A DNA stretch of 64,000 bases, from NCBI GenBank assembly GCA_964438875.1, contig CAYTMM010000005.1:14968-78967 (forward strand), given 5' to 3'. The notes below the pieces were generated by a model that made no database searches, was not told the origin of the DNA, and was given only the letters and a program-made list of their open reading frames with translations. Below, piece by piece: positions 30,080 through 39,216 of the stretch. How positions within the stretch are numbered: the first letter of the stretch is position 1; the number at the start of each line of letters is the position of its first letter. Source of the DNA: an uncultured Sphingosinicella sp. (GTDB lineage: Bacteria; Pseudomonadota; Alphaproteobacteria; Sphingomonadales; Sphingomonadaceae). The translations under genes and the position numbers were made by a program.

Positions 30080-30343
30080 GATCTGATCTCGCCACATTAT
30101 GATTCAGATTAAAATTGACGATTGTGATTAATAATGATTTAAATTCTGTGCATCGCTGTTGTCGGATGAGTCTTTTTGAAGCAGTTCTTTCATGCATGTT
30201 TGTGCAATGTTTGACTTCGTGGCGTCCGCAGAACGTATAGGGCCGCTCATGGGTATGGAATTGCCGAGCCAATCCTCGCAAACTGAGCGCCGCCCACACG
30301 CGCTTAAAACGCTGAATGGCAGAATTCGTCACCAGCCGGCTCA

Positions 30344-30367
30344 GAAGAGGTCAGTCTGCTTTCGGCC
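30344..30367. repeat. 24-bp junction repeat J2
   Basis: GAAGAGGTC-AGT-CTGCT-TT-CGGCC, 1 bp from the MerR gene stop. Confidence 0.5.
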
Positions 30368-30368
30368 A

Positions 30369-30785
30369 CTATCTGTCAAAATGCCGATACGGCTCGTCCC
30401 GGTCCGCCAAAGTCAGCAAGATGCGGCAATCGGCCACCTGGCCGCCACGACATTGCTCGAGCATGCGGGCCAGCTCTCCTCTCAGCAATTCGAGTTGCCC
30501 GATTTTGCGGTCCACGACAGTGAGATGGCTGGTGGTGATCCGATCGACTTCGCAGCAATCGCGCTCGGGATGTTCGCTGAGATCGAGCAGCGAGCGAATG
30601 TCCGCAATATCGAACCCGAGACCGCGCGCGTGCCGGATGAACTTGAGCCGGTCCACGTCGGGCGGCGCATAGCTGCGGTAATTGCCGCCGGTGCGGCTCG
30701 GTTTGGGCAGGAGCCCGATCCGTTCGTAATAGCGGATGGTTTCCACCTTCGTGCCGGTGATCCGCGAGACGTCCCCGATCTTCAT
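30369..30785 (-). CDS. MerR family metal-responsive regulator (CadR/PbrR/ZntR-like)
   Basis: MKIGDVS...ETIRYYERIGLL...NYRSY...FIRHARGLGF HTH; Cys set C(C)EVD...C...CRIL. Confidence 0.92.
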   Translation of the reverse strand: MKIGDVSRITGTKVETIRYYERIGLLPKPSRTGGNYRSYAPPDVDRLKFIRHARGLGFDIADIRSLLDLSEHPERDCCEVDRITTSHLTVVDRKIGQLELLRGELARMLEQCRGGQVADCRILLTLADRDEPYRHFDR

Positions 30786-30793
30786 CCGATGGC

Positions 30794-30824
30794 TTGACCC
30801 TGTAGTCGCTACAGACTCCATAGC
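30794..30824 (+). promoter_or_regulatory. MerR-type promoter/operator driving the TonB-dependent receptor
   Basis: -35 TTGACC, 19-bp spacer containing the dyad CTGTAG-TCG-CTACAG, -10-like CATAGC. Confidence 0.85.
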
Positions 30825-30852
30825 GCCGCCATTGCGATTCGGTCGAGGACAT

Positions 30853-32856
30853 ATGGCGCGCTCCAGTTTCAGCTCTTTTGCCGGCGTGCCGGCGCTGCTG
30901 GCTTTTTCGGTTCTGCCCTCTCCCGCATGGGCGCAGGAGGCGTCCGGCGCGGAGGATCATGCCGAAGCGCGCCATGAGGCCCATGACGACGACGAAGAGG
31001 ATATCGTCGTGCAGGCGACGCGCTCGCGCCGCCGGGTGCAGGACGAACCGATCCGGGTCGATGTCCTGAACCGCGAGGAGATCGAAGAGAAGCTGCTGAT
31101 GCGGCCCGGCAATATCGCGATGATGCTGAGCGAAACCGGCGGGGTGCGCGTGCAGGTCACATCTCCTGCGCTGGGATCGTCCAATGTGCGCGTGCAGGGA
31201 ATGAACGGCCGCTACACCCAGCTTCTCGCCGACGGGCTGCCGCTTTATGGTGGCCAGGCCTCGTCGCTGGGCCTGTTGCAAATCCCGCCGACCGATCTGG
31301 GACAAGTGGAGGTCATCAAGGGTGCCGCCTCGGCGCTCTATGGCCCTTCCGCCCTTGGCGGCGTGATCAACCTGGTGTCGCGCCGTCCGGGCGACGCGCC
31401 CGAAATCGAGGCGTTGCTGAACGTCACGAGCCGCGACGGTCAGGACCTCACCGCTTATGCCGCGTCGCCGCTCGGAGGGGGCTGGAGCGCGTCGCTGACC
31501 GGCGGGCTGCATCGGCAGGGGCGTCAGGACATCGACCGGGACGGCTGGAGCGATATCCCCGCCTATGAGCGCTGGACCGCCCGGCCCCGCCTGTTCTGGG
31601 AAGGCGGCGACGGCGCCTCGATCTTCGCTACGCTGGGCGCGATGGGCGAGGATCGCCTGGGCGGCACCGCGCCCGGGCGAACGACCCCCGACGGCCGGCC
31701 TTTCCCGCAGACCCAGGACACGAACCGGATCGACGCCGGCCTGGTCGCCGAAATGCCGCTGGAAAATATCGGCAGCTTGCATGTCCGGGCCTCCGGAATG
31801 CGACAGGATCACCGCCACGTCTTCGGCGACGTGACCGAGAATGACCGGCACGAGACGGGTTTTGCCGAGGTGTCGCTGGCCGGAGCGCCGGGGCGCACCT
31901 CCTGGGTCGCCGGGATCGCCTACCAGGCGGACGGCTATCGATCAGAGGCCTTTCCGGCGTTCGATTACGATTTTACCGTGCCGGGCGTCTTCGTTCAGGC
32001 CGAGCATGACCTCGACGACCGATTGACCCTGGCCGGCAGCGCGCGGATCGACGCGCACAGCGAATATGGCACGAAATTCAGCCCGCGCCTGTCGCTGCTC
32101 TATCGGCCCGGCTTCTGGACGGTCCGGGCTTCGGTCGGTCGGGGCTTTCATGCGCCGACCCCGTTCGTCGACGAAACCGAAGCGGCCGGTCTGTCACGGC
32201 TGGAGCCGCTGAACGGTCTTCGGGCGGAGACGGCGGAAAGCGCCTCGCTGGACATCGGCTATGCGCGCGGGGGCATCGAAGCGAATGTCACCTTGTTCGG
32301 ATCCGACATGCGCAACACGACGCGGTTGGAGGTGATCGATCCGTCGCCGGAAACGGGGCGGGTAAGGCTTGTCAGCATCGGCGAGGCGACGCGCATTCGC
32401 GGCGCCGAATTGCTGCTGCGCTATCGGTGGCAGGCCTTCACCGTCACGGGCAGCTATGTGTTCGTCGATTCATCGGAACCGGCCAGGGACGGTACCGGCC
32501 GGCGGCCGGTGCCGCTGACCCCGCGGCACACGGCCGGCATGGTCGCGATGTGGGAGGAGCATGGCGTTGGCCGGATCGGGTTCGAGGCCTATTATACCGG
32601 CCGGCAATCGCTGGACGACAATCCATATCGCGCGACGAGCCGTCCCTATGTCGAGCTCGGCATGATGGGCGAGATCGTGCTGGGCCATGTCCGCCTGTTC
32701 GTGAATGCCGAGAATCTGCTGAATGTCCGGCAGACGAAATACGATCCGCTGCTGCGCCCGGCGCGGGCGCCTGACGGGCGCTGGACGGTGGACGCGTGGG
32801 CGCCGACGGACGGGTTCACGGTGAACGGAGGCATTCGCCTTACGTTCGGCGGCTGA
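30853..32856 (+). CDS. TonB-dependent receptor with His/Asp-rich N-terminus
   Basis: Signal peptide, EDHAEARHEAHDDDEE, TonB box IVVQATR, plug QVEVIKGAASALYGPSALGGVINL, C-terminal NAENLLN. Confidence 0.92.
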   Translation: MARSSFSSFAGVPALLAFSVLPSPAWAQEASGAEDHAEARHEAHDDDEEDIVVQATRSRRRVQDEPIRVDVLNREEIEEKLLMRPGNIAMMLSETGGVRVQVTSPALGSSNVRVQGMNGRYTQLLADGLPLYGGQASSLGLLQIPPTDLGQVEVIKGAASALYGPSALGGVINLVSRRPGDAPEIEALLNVTSRDGQDLTAYAASPLGGGWSASLTGGLHRQGRQDIDRDGWSDIPAYERWTARPRLFWEGGDGASIFATLGAMGEDRLGGTAPGRTTPDGRPFPQTQDTNRIDAGLVAEMPLENIGSLHVRASGMRQDHRHVFGDVTENDRHETGFAEVSLAGAPGRTSWVAGIAYQADGYRSEAFPAFDYDFTVPGVFVQAEHDLDDRLTLAGSARIDAHSEYGTKFSPRLSLLYRPGFWTVRASVGRGFHAPTPFVDETEAAGLSRLEPLNGLRAETAESASLDIGYARGGIEANVTLFGSDMRNTTRLEVIDPSPETGRVRLVSIGEATRIRGAELLLRYRWQAFTVTGSYVFVDSSEPARDGTGRRPVPLTPRHTAGMVAMWEEHGVGRIGFEAYYTGRQSLDDNPYRATSRPYVELGMMGEIVLGHVRLFVNAENLLNVRQTKYDPLLRPARAPDGRWTVDAWAPTDGFTVNGGIRLTFGG

Positions 32857-32883
32857 TTGTCGCTTCTAACGTATTCGAAGCTC

Positions 32884-32907
32884 AAAGCGGACTGACCGCT
32901 ATCGGCC
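32884..32907. repeat. 24-bp junction repeat J3
   Basis: AAAGCGGAC-TGA-CCGCT-AT-CGGCC, 28 bp after the receptor stop. Confidence 0.55.
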
Positions 32908-32960
32908 ATATCTCGCCGCTCTACCGTTCGTTGTCACAGTAAGGAGTGAAGCAGAAATAG

Positions 32961-33917
32961 CTACACAGCGCCTATCCGGGATCTGGGCAACGACATGGCA
33001 GAGATATGCTCGTGCGCATTTTCAAAATGGGCCAGAGAACGATATCCAAACAGCTTGAGAGCCGGTTTCATAATCGCGTTTGTCTTGCGGTAAGTATCCT
33101 TGTCCAGTGCTGGTCGTGCCCCAGACGCTTCCAGGCGTTCAACCTCCGCTTTAGCAGCCTTCAAGCGCTTCTTAAGCTGCGTAAGGGTCTGCACGCTTAG
33201 CGAGAACAATGTACGGTCTTGCCACCTCTCCTCCTGAAGGCACTGCCACCGCCTTGGTAGTTGCACATCGTAAATCATCGTCGCCAGAAGCAGCAGTTCG
33301 GCGCCAGATTTCTTGGCCCGCACCTCGATTTCCCAGCGCAGCATCGTGACGTCGCGCATGGCCGCCATATATTCGTAGAGAGGAAGATCAGCCTCATCCC
33401 ATGGGCCGCGTATCCGCCATTTTTGATTGGCATGGTCTATGAAGATGTCGTCCGGGTGCGGCCAGGGGTGAACAGGCTCGGCACCACTTTCCCGGGCGGC
33501 TTCCCAGACTTCGCTCTGCTCCCCCCGCCTGGCGAGGATGTACGCAAAAGCTTGGCGATCTATCTCCTCGGCCAACAGTTTATTTTCCGCTTCGCGCACT
33601 TCCAGTTCGCGGGTCTGCCGCAATACGTCGCGCTGGGCGTGGACATTGCCCTTCGCCGCATTCGTAATCTGCGCCCGAACGATAACATGCTGCATCGGCA
33701 TCTTGTGCCGCCCGCTAGCGTCATTGACCACGATCTCCCGATCCAGTTCCGCACGCAGAAGAGCATCGAGCGCGCTGAGCGACGTCGGATCAGCATTTTT
33801 GCCTGGCCGACTCTTGGGAGGTCGACCTTTCGGATTTCCGGATTGCCCCTTGCGGAACTGTGTCCAGCGCGGCGGTTTCTTGTAGCCGACCGGCTCGTCG
33901 TCCCAGTCATGCGACAT
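32961..33917 (-). CDS. DUF5681 domain protein
   Basis: VGYKKPPRWTQFRKGQSGNPKGRP N-terminal motif; adjacent to the ParB-methyltransferase. Confidence 0.85.
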   Translation of the reverse strand: MSHDWDDEPVGYKKPPRWTQFRKGQSGNPKGRPPKSRPGKNADPTSLSALDALLRAELDREIVVNDASGRHKMPMQHVIVRAQITNAAKGNVHAQRDVLRQTRELEVREAENKLLAEEIDRQAFAYILARRGEQSEVWEAARESGAEPVHPWPHPDDIFIDHANQKWRIRGPWDEADLPLYEYMAAMRDVTMLRWEIEVRAKKSGAELLLLATMIYDVQLPRRWQCLQEERWQDRTLFSLSVQTLTQLKKRLKAAKAEVERLEASGARPALDKDTYRKTNAIMKPALKLFGYRSLAHFENAHEHISAMSLPRSRIGAV

Positions 33918-35274
33918 GGTGCGCGCTCCCCTGTTCGGAAGTTGCGCCGACGGCTTCTTCGCGCGCTTCGTAGCTCTGCCCGCTGGGGACATGCACGGCC
34001 GATTTCCCCGTAACTATCTCCCAGCGCCTGATCATCGTATCGCAATAGCCGGGATCATATTCGACAAGCCGGGCAGAACGGCCGGTTTTCTCTGCCGCAA
34101 TCAGCGTCGATCCAGAGCCAGCAAAACAGTCGAGCACGATTTCACCGCGCCGGGAGCAATCCCGGATCGCATCGGCAATGAGCGCAACGGGCTTTACAGT
34201 GGGATGCATGGCCAGTTCATCGCCGCGGCTCGCGCTCATCGAACTGATGCCGGCATAGTCCCAGACATTGGTTCGATACCGGCCCGTGTCACCCAGCCCG
34301 AAGCTGTTGGTGTGAGGCCCATCACCTTTCTTGAAGACGAAGATCAGCTCATGCTTCGAGCGATAGAACGAGCCCATCCCGCCATTGGTCTTGTTCCAGA
34401 CCACAAGGTTTTTGAGCTCATCGAAACAGATTCTGCCAGCCGCGAGAAGCTCGCCCATGTGTCGCCAGTCCATGCAAACGAAAGCGATCGCACCATTTGT
34501 CATAGTCGCGGCGGCATTGCCGAGGGTGACGGCGAGGAAGCGCGTGAACTCGTTCTCACTCATTTCACCGCTAGCGAAGGCAAATTCGCGATGGTGCACA
34601 CTTCCCAGCCCGCAGACATGGCCGTCAATCTTTACGTTGTAGGGTGGGTCTGTGAAAATGAGATCGGCACGCTCATCACGCATGAGCAGCTGGAACGTCT
34701 GCGCATCCTGCGCGTCACCGCAAATCAGGCGATGACGCCCCAACTGCCATATATCCCCACGAACCGCCACATGCGGTCCCGACCGATCCGGCACGAAATC
34801 ATCCGACGCATCTCTGACATCGGGTTTGGCTTCGCGCGCTTCGTCGAGTGTGAAGTCGATTTCAGCGAGACTGAACCCGGTCAATTCGACATCAAAATCA
34901 AGGTCGATGAGACCCTGCAGTTCCAGCGCCAGCAATTCCTTGTCCCAGCCGGCGTTGAGAGCGAGCTTATTGTCGGCGAGCACATAAGCGCGACGTTCGG
35001 TTTCGCTCAGATGTGACAGGGTAAGTGTCGGGACGCGTTCAAGCCCCATGATCCTCGCAGCTTCGACACGACCGTGCCCCGCGACGATCTCGCCTTCGTC
35101 GGAAATCAGAACTGGATTGACGAACCCAAATCGCTCGATGCTCGCGGCGATCTGACGGATCTGCTTCTTGGAGTGGGTGCGCGCATTGCGCGCATAGGGT
35201 TTCAGTGATGTGGTGGCGCGATCGGCGATGATGCCTGAGGTCTGTGCGCCAGCATAAAAACTTTGATCAGACAA
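33907..35274 (-). CDS. ParB-like N-terminal domain fused to N4/N6 DNA methyltransferase
   Basis: LKPYARNARTHS...GHGR...ADNKLALNAGWD (ParB); FTDPPYNV, HPTVKP and LDCFAGSGST (beta-class methyltransferase). TTG start after GGAG is inferred. Confidence 0.88.
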   Translation of the reverse strand: MSDQSFYAGAQTSGIIADRATTSLKPYARNARTHSKKQIRQIAASIERFGFVNPVLISDEGEIVAGHGRVEAARIMGLERVPTLTLSHLSETERRAYVLADNKLALNAGWDKELLALELQGLIDLDFDVELTGFSLAEIDFTLDEAREAKPDVRDASDDFVPDRSGPHVAVRGDIWQLGRHRLICGDAQDAQTFQLLMRDERADLIFTDPPYNVKIDGHVCGLGSVHHREFAFASGEMSENEFTRFLAVTLGNAAATMTNGAIAFVCMDWRHMGELLAAGRICFDELKNLVVWNKTNGGMGSFYRSKHELIFVFKKGDGPHTNSFGLGDTGRYRTNVWDYAGISSMSASRGDELAMHPTVKPVALIADAIRDCSRRGEIVLDCFAGSGSTLIAAEKTGRSARLVEYDPGYCDTMIRRWEIVTGKSAVHVPSGQSYEAREEAVGATSEQGSAHHVA

Positions 35275-35934
35275 TGCTCGTCTCCCTGAGTGACAAAAAA
35301 GTTGCACGTGGGAAGTTCGAGCATAAGCGGGCTCCTTAATTCTTGGTTTGTTCCGGATCACCTGAATAACCGATAATCCCGGTCGGGAAAATCCCCAGAG
35401 CCATCATTCTTGTGGATAGCGGGTGGACGACCCAATTTTTTTGGCGTGTTAGCGCGTCGGATGGGCGTTGAGTCCGTCCGCGAAGCAAGCTATCCGCTGA
35501 TCGAGGCGTAGCATCGGCGCGTCCGGCCCATAACCGGAAGACGTTCAGGACGTAAGCGCGGGGGACGTCTCACCATATCCCATTCAGAATGGGTGGGCCG
35601 ACCGCGACAAAATTCACTTTTTCTCGTGTGTCTCGTTAAAAGCTTCCCAATCGCCCGATCGGTTCGGGCTCAGCTCAAATCGCTGGCAAACGATAGCGCA
35701 TATCGTCCAAATGCAATGAAGGCAGCATGGCCTGTCAGCGACGCTTCGGCTTGCGATCAGTTGACTGGCCATGAAGCAAGCATAACAGTGTACTCGAGCC
35801 GCCGGTGTCTTGGGCGTATATCGGGTAAGGGCGAAAGCATTTACTCCCGGGGGCTCACCCTCATGACCGGCAACGTCTTGGAGTAAACCACGTTCGCTGA
35901 TGCGTCATGTTATGCCGTTAGCTCAGGATCGTTA

Positions 35935-36103
35935 TTCCCTGTTCCGACACTTCCACTTCCCTGTTCCTGTCCATGATTTTCCCTGTTCTCATTGACGGAA
36001 ATTCGGAGGATGGAGATTATTTTCCTCTTTTTTCAGATCTTTGCGGGACCGCCATCGTCCTGATCGGCCGTAATTTCCCGCTGGATTCCCATTTAACAGG
36101 GAT
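35935..36103. repeat. TTCCCTGTT x3 with 22-bp period plus an inverted AACAGGGA copy
   Basis: Copies at 35935, 35957 and 35979; inverted copy at 36095; downstream of the relic recombinase. Confidence 0.6.
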
Positions 36104-36317
36104 TTTTATCAGAGACTGGTTCGGGCAGGACTGCGTCGCGCACCACTCTTCCTAAAATATTGATATTATTCTATAATATGCGCTTGCGGCCGTAATTCTC
36201 CCCCGTATTCCGGAGCTTTGCGGGAGGTGGTTACGAAGGTGAGGCGAGAAGCGCCTCTCATTCCGACATGACCGGCGCGATATGAGTCCCCGTCTCAGTA
36301 GGCCTCTATTCCAGACC

Positions 36318-37280
36318 TCACATTGTGGGCTGCAGTGCCCCGGCGCGGCTCAGCCGATCCCCAAGACCGATCGGTGCGTCACACTGCTCGATGGCGATGC
36401 CCAGCCGGCGCAGCAGTGCGGCCAGGTCGATCGCGATCGTGATCCTGTCGTCATGGAGCTGGACCTGATTGACCAACGCGGTGACGATGCTGCGCTTGCC
36501 ATAGGGCGTGTCGAGATGCTCGGCGGACCCAAATGCCCGCGAGATAGCCATGGCGATAGAGGTGGCATCCGTTGCATGTTCACTGACCACATCGTGGATT
36601 CTACGCTTGTCGAGCAGCATCTCGCGGATACGCTCGACGATGAGCGACTCAAGATCATAAGCCGGCACCCGGGCCGCGGGTGGCTCGCCGTCGCGCAGTT
36701 CGGATGCATGGGTGATGTAATAGCGATAGCGCTTGCCCGACTTCATCGCATGGCTGGGCGACATGCGCCGGCCGTGTGCATCGTGAATGATTCCGGCGAG
36801 CAGGCTGGCATGCGCGGCATTGCTACGCGTGCGTCGTTCCACCCGGTTCGCGGCGATGATGGTCTGCGCCGCCTCCCATAGCCCGAGATCGACGATTGGC
36901 TGATGCTCACCGGGATGGGCAACACCCTTATGAACGATCTCGGCATCGGCTTCGTTGACCACCAGCTTGCGGTCCCGGACATAATAGCCGAGCGGCACGG
37001 GGCCGCCCATCCACATGCCCTTCTGCTTGGATGCCGCGATTTTGTCACGGATGCGCTCGCCGGTGATCTCGCGCTCGAACTGGGCGAAGGACAGGAGCAC
37101 GTTGAGGATCAGCCTGCCCATGCTGGTCGTGGTGTTGAACGACTGGGTGACACTGACGAAGCTGGCCTTGCGCCCATCCAGGATTTCCACGATCTTCGCG
37201 AAGTCCGACAGGCTGCGGGTGAGACGATCCACCTTGTAGACGACGATCACATCGACCTTGCCGGCTTCGACATCGGCGAG
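36318..37280 (-). pseudogene. Large serine recombinase relic (N-terminus and central recombinase domain deleted)
   Basis: Begins at LADVEAGKVDVIVVYKVDRLTRS with no catalytic N-terminus; ...NEADAEIV joins directly to HKGVAHPGEHQPIVD; aberrant C-terminus. Confidence 0.85.
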
Positions 37281-37285
37281 CGGGA

Positions 37286-37464
37286 TCGCTGGTCTCGATC
37301 TCGACTGCCAGTGATCTCTTGATCAGGGTGGCAACGGCCTTGCGGATGCGACCGCCCTGATCACTGATGCTGTCGACGGGCGGGGACAGGCTGCCGTCGT
37401 CGCGCTGGTAGGCGGTGGCGAGCAGGATACGCTGCAGGTCGTTGAGATTCGAAGTACGGGTCCT
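37286..37464 (-). pseudogene. DUF3489 5' fragment
   Basis: About 85% identical by manual alignment (26 mismatches in 179 nt) to 920-1098; start ATG replaced by AGG; fused to the recombinase relic. Confidence 0.85.
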
Positions 37465-37468
37465 GACC

Positions 37469-38542
37469 CTAGCCAATCCGCGTGAGGCGGGCCGCGAGAT
37501 CCGCCAGCCCACCAACCCGGGCCAACTTCATCATCAGCCCGCGCTCGACGCGATGCTCGGCCATGTGGCGCAGTGCTTCGGCGACCCGCACCGGCCGCGC
37601 CGTGCGTTTCGCGAAATCCTTCTGCCAGACGCGCGCGCCGGCGCCATCGCCGTGCAGGCAGGCCTGCGCCGCCGCCGCGCCGCTCGCCAGCGCCATCGCG
37701 ATGCCGCCGCCGGCAAGGCTGGCGATCACCGCCGCCTGATCGCCGATCCGATAGACACCGGGCGTTGTCGTCTTCGCCCGCCAGCCATAAGGCACGCCGG
37801 CAATCGCCTTCCAGTTCTCGGGCAGCGCGCCGGCCAGCCGCTCGGCCAGTGCCGGCGCTCGTTCTGCCAGCCCCGCGAGCCACGCATCGCGCCCCTCGCC
37901 CAGCCGCGCCTGCGTCACCGACAGGCACAGATTCGCCCGTCCGTCCTCCTGCAACAGCATCCCGGCATAGCCGCCGTCATAGAGATGCAGCTCGATCGTA
38001 CCGGCCAATGCCCGCGCCAGATCGGGCGCCGGATCGATGGCGGCACGCAGTCCGACGGACAGTCTGCGTCCGCCCAATTCCCGCGCGCAGCCGCGCGGCT
38101 CATGCTTTCCGGTCGCCACGAACAGAGCGTCGGCGTCCATCCGCGTGCCATTGTCCAGACGCACGCACCGGTCGTCGATTGCCCGCGCCGTGCACCCCCG
38201 CAGCACGGTCGCCCCGGCTTCCTCCGCGAGCCGCAGCAGGGTCGCGTCCAGCCGCCGCCGCGACAGCCCCGCCGCCACACCGGGCAGCGCGACCTCGACG
38301 CTCGTCGTCCCCGCCACGAGCCGCAGCCGGTGAATCGGCCGCGCGCCCAGCATCATCGGATCGAGCCCCAGCCGCCTGAGATGCGCCAGCGCGTCCCAGC
38401 CGAGGAAGCCACCGCACACCGGATCGCGCTCGCCCGCCGCGCGGTCGATCACCACCGGCATCGCGCCGGCACGGGCCAGACCGATCGCGGCGGTAGCGCC
38501 CGCCGGGCCGCCGCCGACGATCAGCGCAGCCGTTCGACGCAC
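37469..38542 (-). CDS. FAD-dependent monooxygenase/oxidoreductase
   Basis: ALIVGGGPAG, VCGGFL, ATGK, and IGDQAAVIASLAGGGIAMAL motifs. Confidence 0.88.
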   Translation of the reverse strand: MRRTAALIVGGGPAGATAAIGLARAGAMPVVIDRAAGERDPVCGGFLGWDALAHLRRLGLDPMMLGARPIHRLRLVAGTTSVEVALPGVAAGLSRRRLDATLLRLAEEAGATVLRGCTARAIDDRCVRLDNGTRMDADALFVATGKHEPRGCARELGGRRLSVGLRAAIDPAPDLARALAGTIELHLYDGGYAGMLLQEDGRANLCLSVTQARLGEGRDAWLAGLAERAPALAERLAGALPENWKAIAGVPYGWRAKTTTPGVYRIGDQAAVIASLAGGGIAMALASGAAAAQACLHGDGAGARVWQKDFAKRTARPVRVAEALRHMAEHRVERGLMMKLARVGGLADLAARLTRIG

Positions 38543-39216
38543 AACCGGAAAGGGAAGCGGCGGATGATCCGCACCGCGCCGGCGGGCACGCCCGCTTGTT
38601 CGAGAATGGCGCGCCATTCGGCAGGGCGGAAACCGCGGGCTATCGAAAGCTGCCCGTCCTCGCGCACGATGCGGTGTGCGCCGAGCAGCCAGGCGAGCCA
38701 GGGAAAGCCGTAATAAGCGAAACGGTGCCGGTGGAGATCGTTGATCAGCCAGCCGCGCGTCCCCATCCGCTCCATATAGCCGATGAAGTCGGTCAGTTCC
38801 TCGTCGGTCATGTGATGCGCGACCAGGCTGGAGACAACGAAGTCGAACGGCGTCGGCTGCCCCGCATAGTCCCCCGCGCGATATTCGATCGGCATGCCCA
38901 CCGGGGTAACGGCGCGCGCCACGCCCACGCTCGCCGCATTGAGATCGACCCCGACCAGATCGACTGCAATCCCCCTGCGCCGCGCCCAGCGCGCGATCCG
39001 GCGCAGCATGTCGCCCTGGCCGAAGCCGACATCGAGCAGCCGGAAGGCGGGCATGCCGCGCGACGCCCGCGCGAGGAAGCGAAGCGTCGGCCGCCCGGCC
39101 AGCGTCCAGCGATTGACCCGGGCGAGATCGGCCAGCACCGCCGCATAGGTCGCATCGTCCAGCGCCGGATCGTCCATCTGCTCGTCGGTCCGGAGGCGCT
39201 GGGCGAGGTCGATCAT
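38521..39216 (-). CDS. SAM-dependent methyltransferase
   Basis: EQMDDP, LLDVGFGQGD, SSLVAHH and INDLHR motifs. Confidence 0.88.
   Translation of the reverse strand: MIDLAQRLRTDEQMDDPALDDATYAAVLADLARVNRWTLAGRPTLRFLARASRGMPAFRLLDVGFGQGDMLRRIARWARRRGIAVDLVGVDLNAASVGVARAVTPVGMPIEYRAGDYAGQPTPFDFVVSSLVAHHMTDEELTDFIGYMERMGTRGWLINDLHRHRFAYYGFPWLAWLLGAHRIVREDGQLSIARGFRPAEWRAILEQAGVPAGAVRIIRRFPFRLCVERLR

Noticed and set aside
35339-35353. Possible LexA box ATTC-N7-GTTC upstream of the ParB-methyltransferase
   Set aside because: One mismatch in a half-site; such matches are expected by chance.
35411-35423. 13-nt match TGTGGATAGCGGG to the ncRNA A upstream box
   Set aside because: None of the other shared blocks or tetraloop-rich structure follows; probably an isolated DnaA-box-like coincidence.
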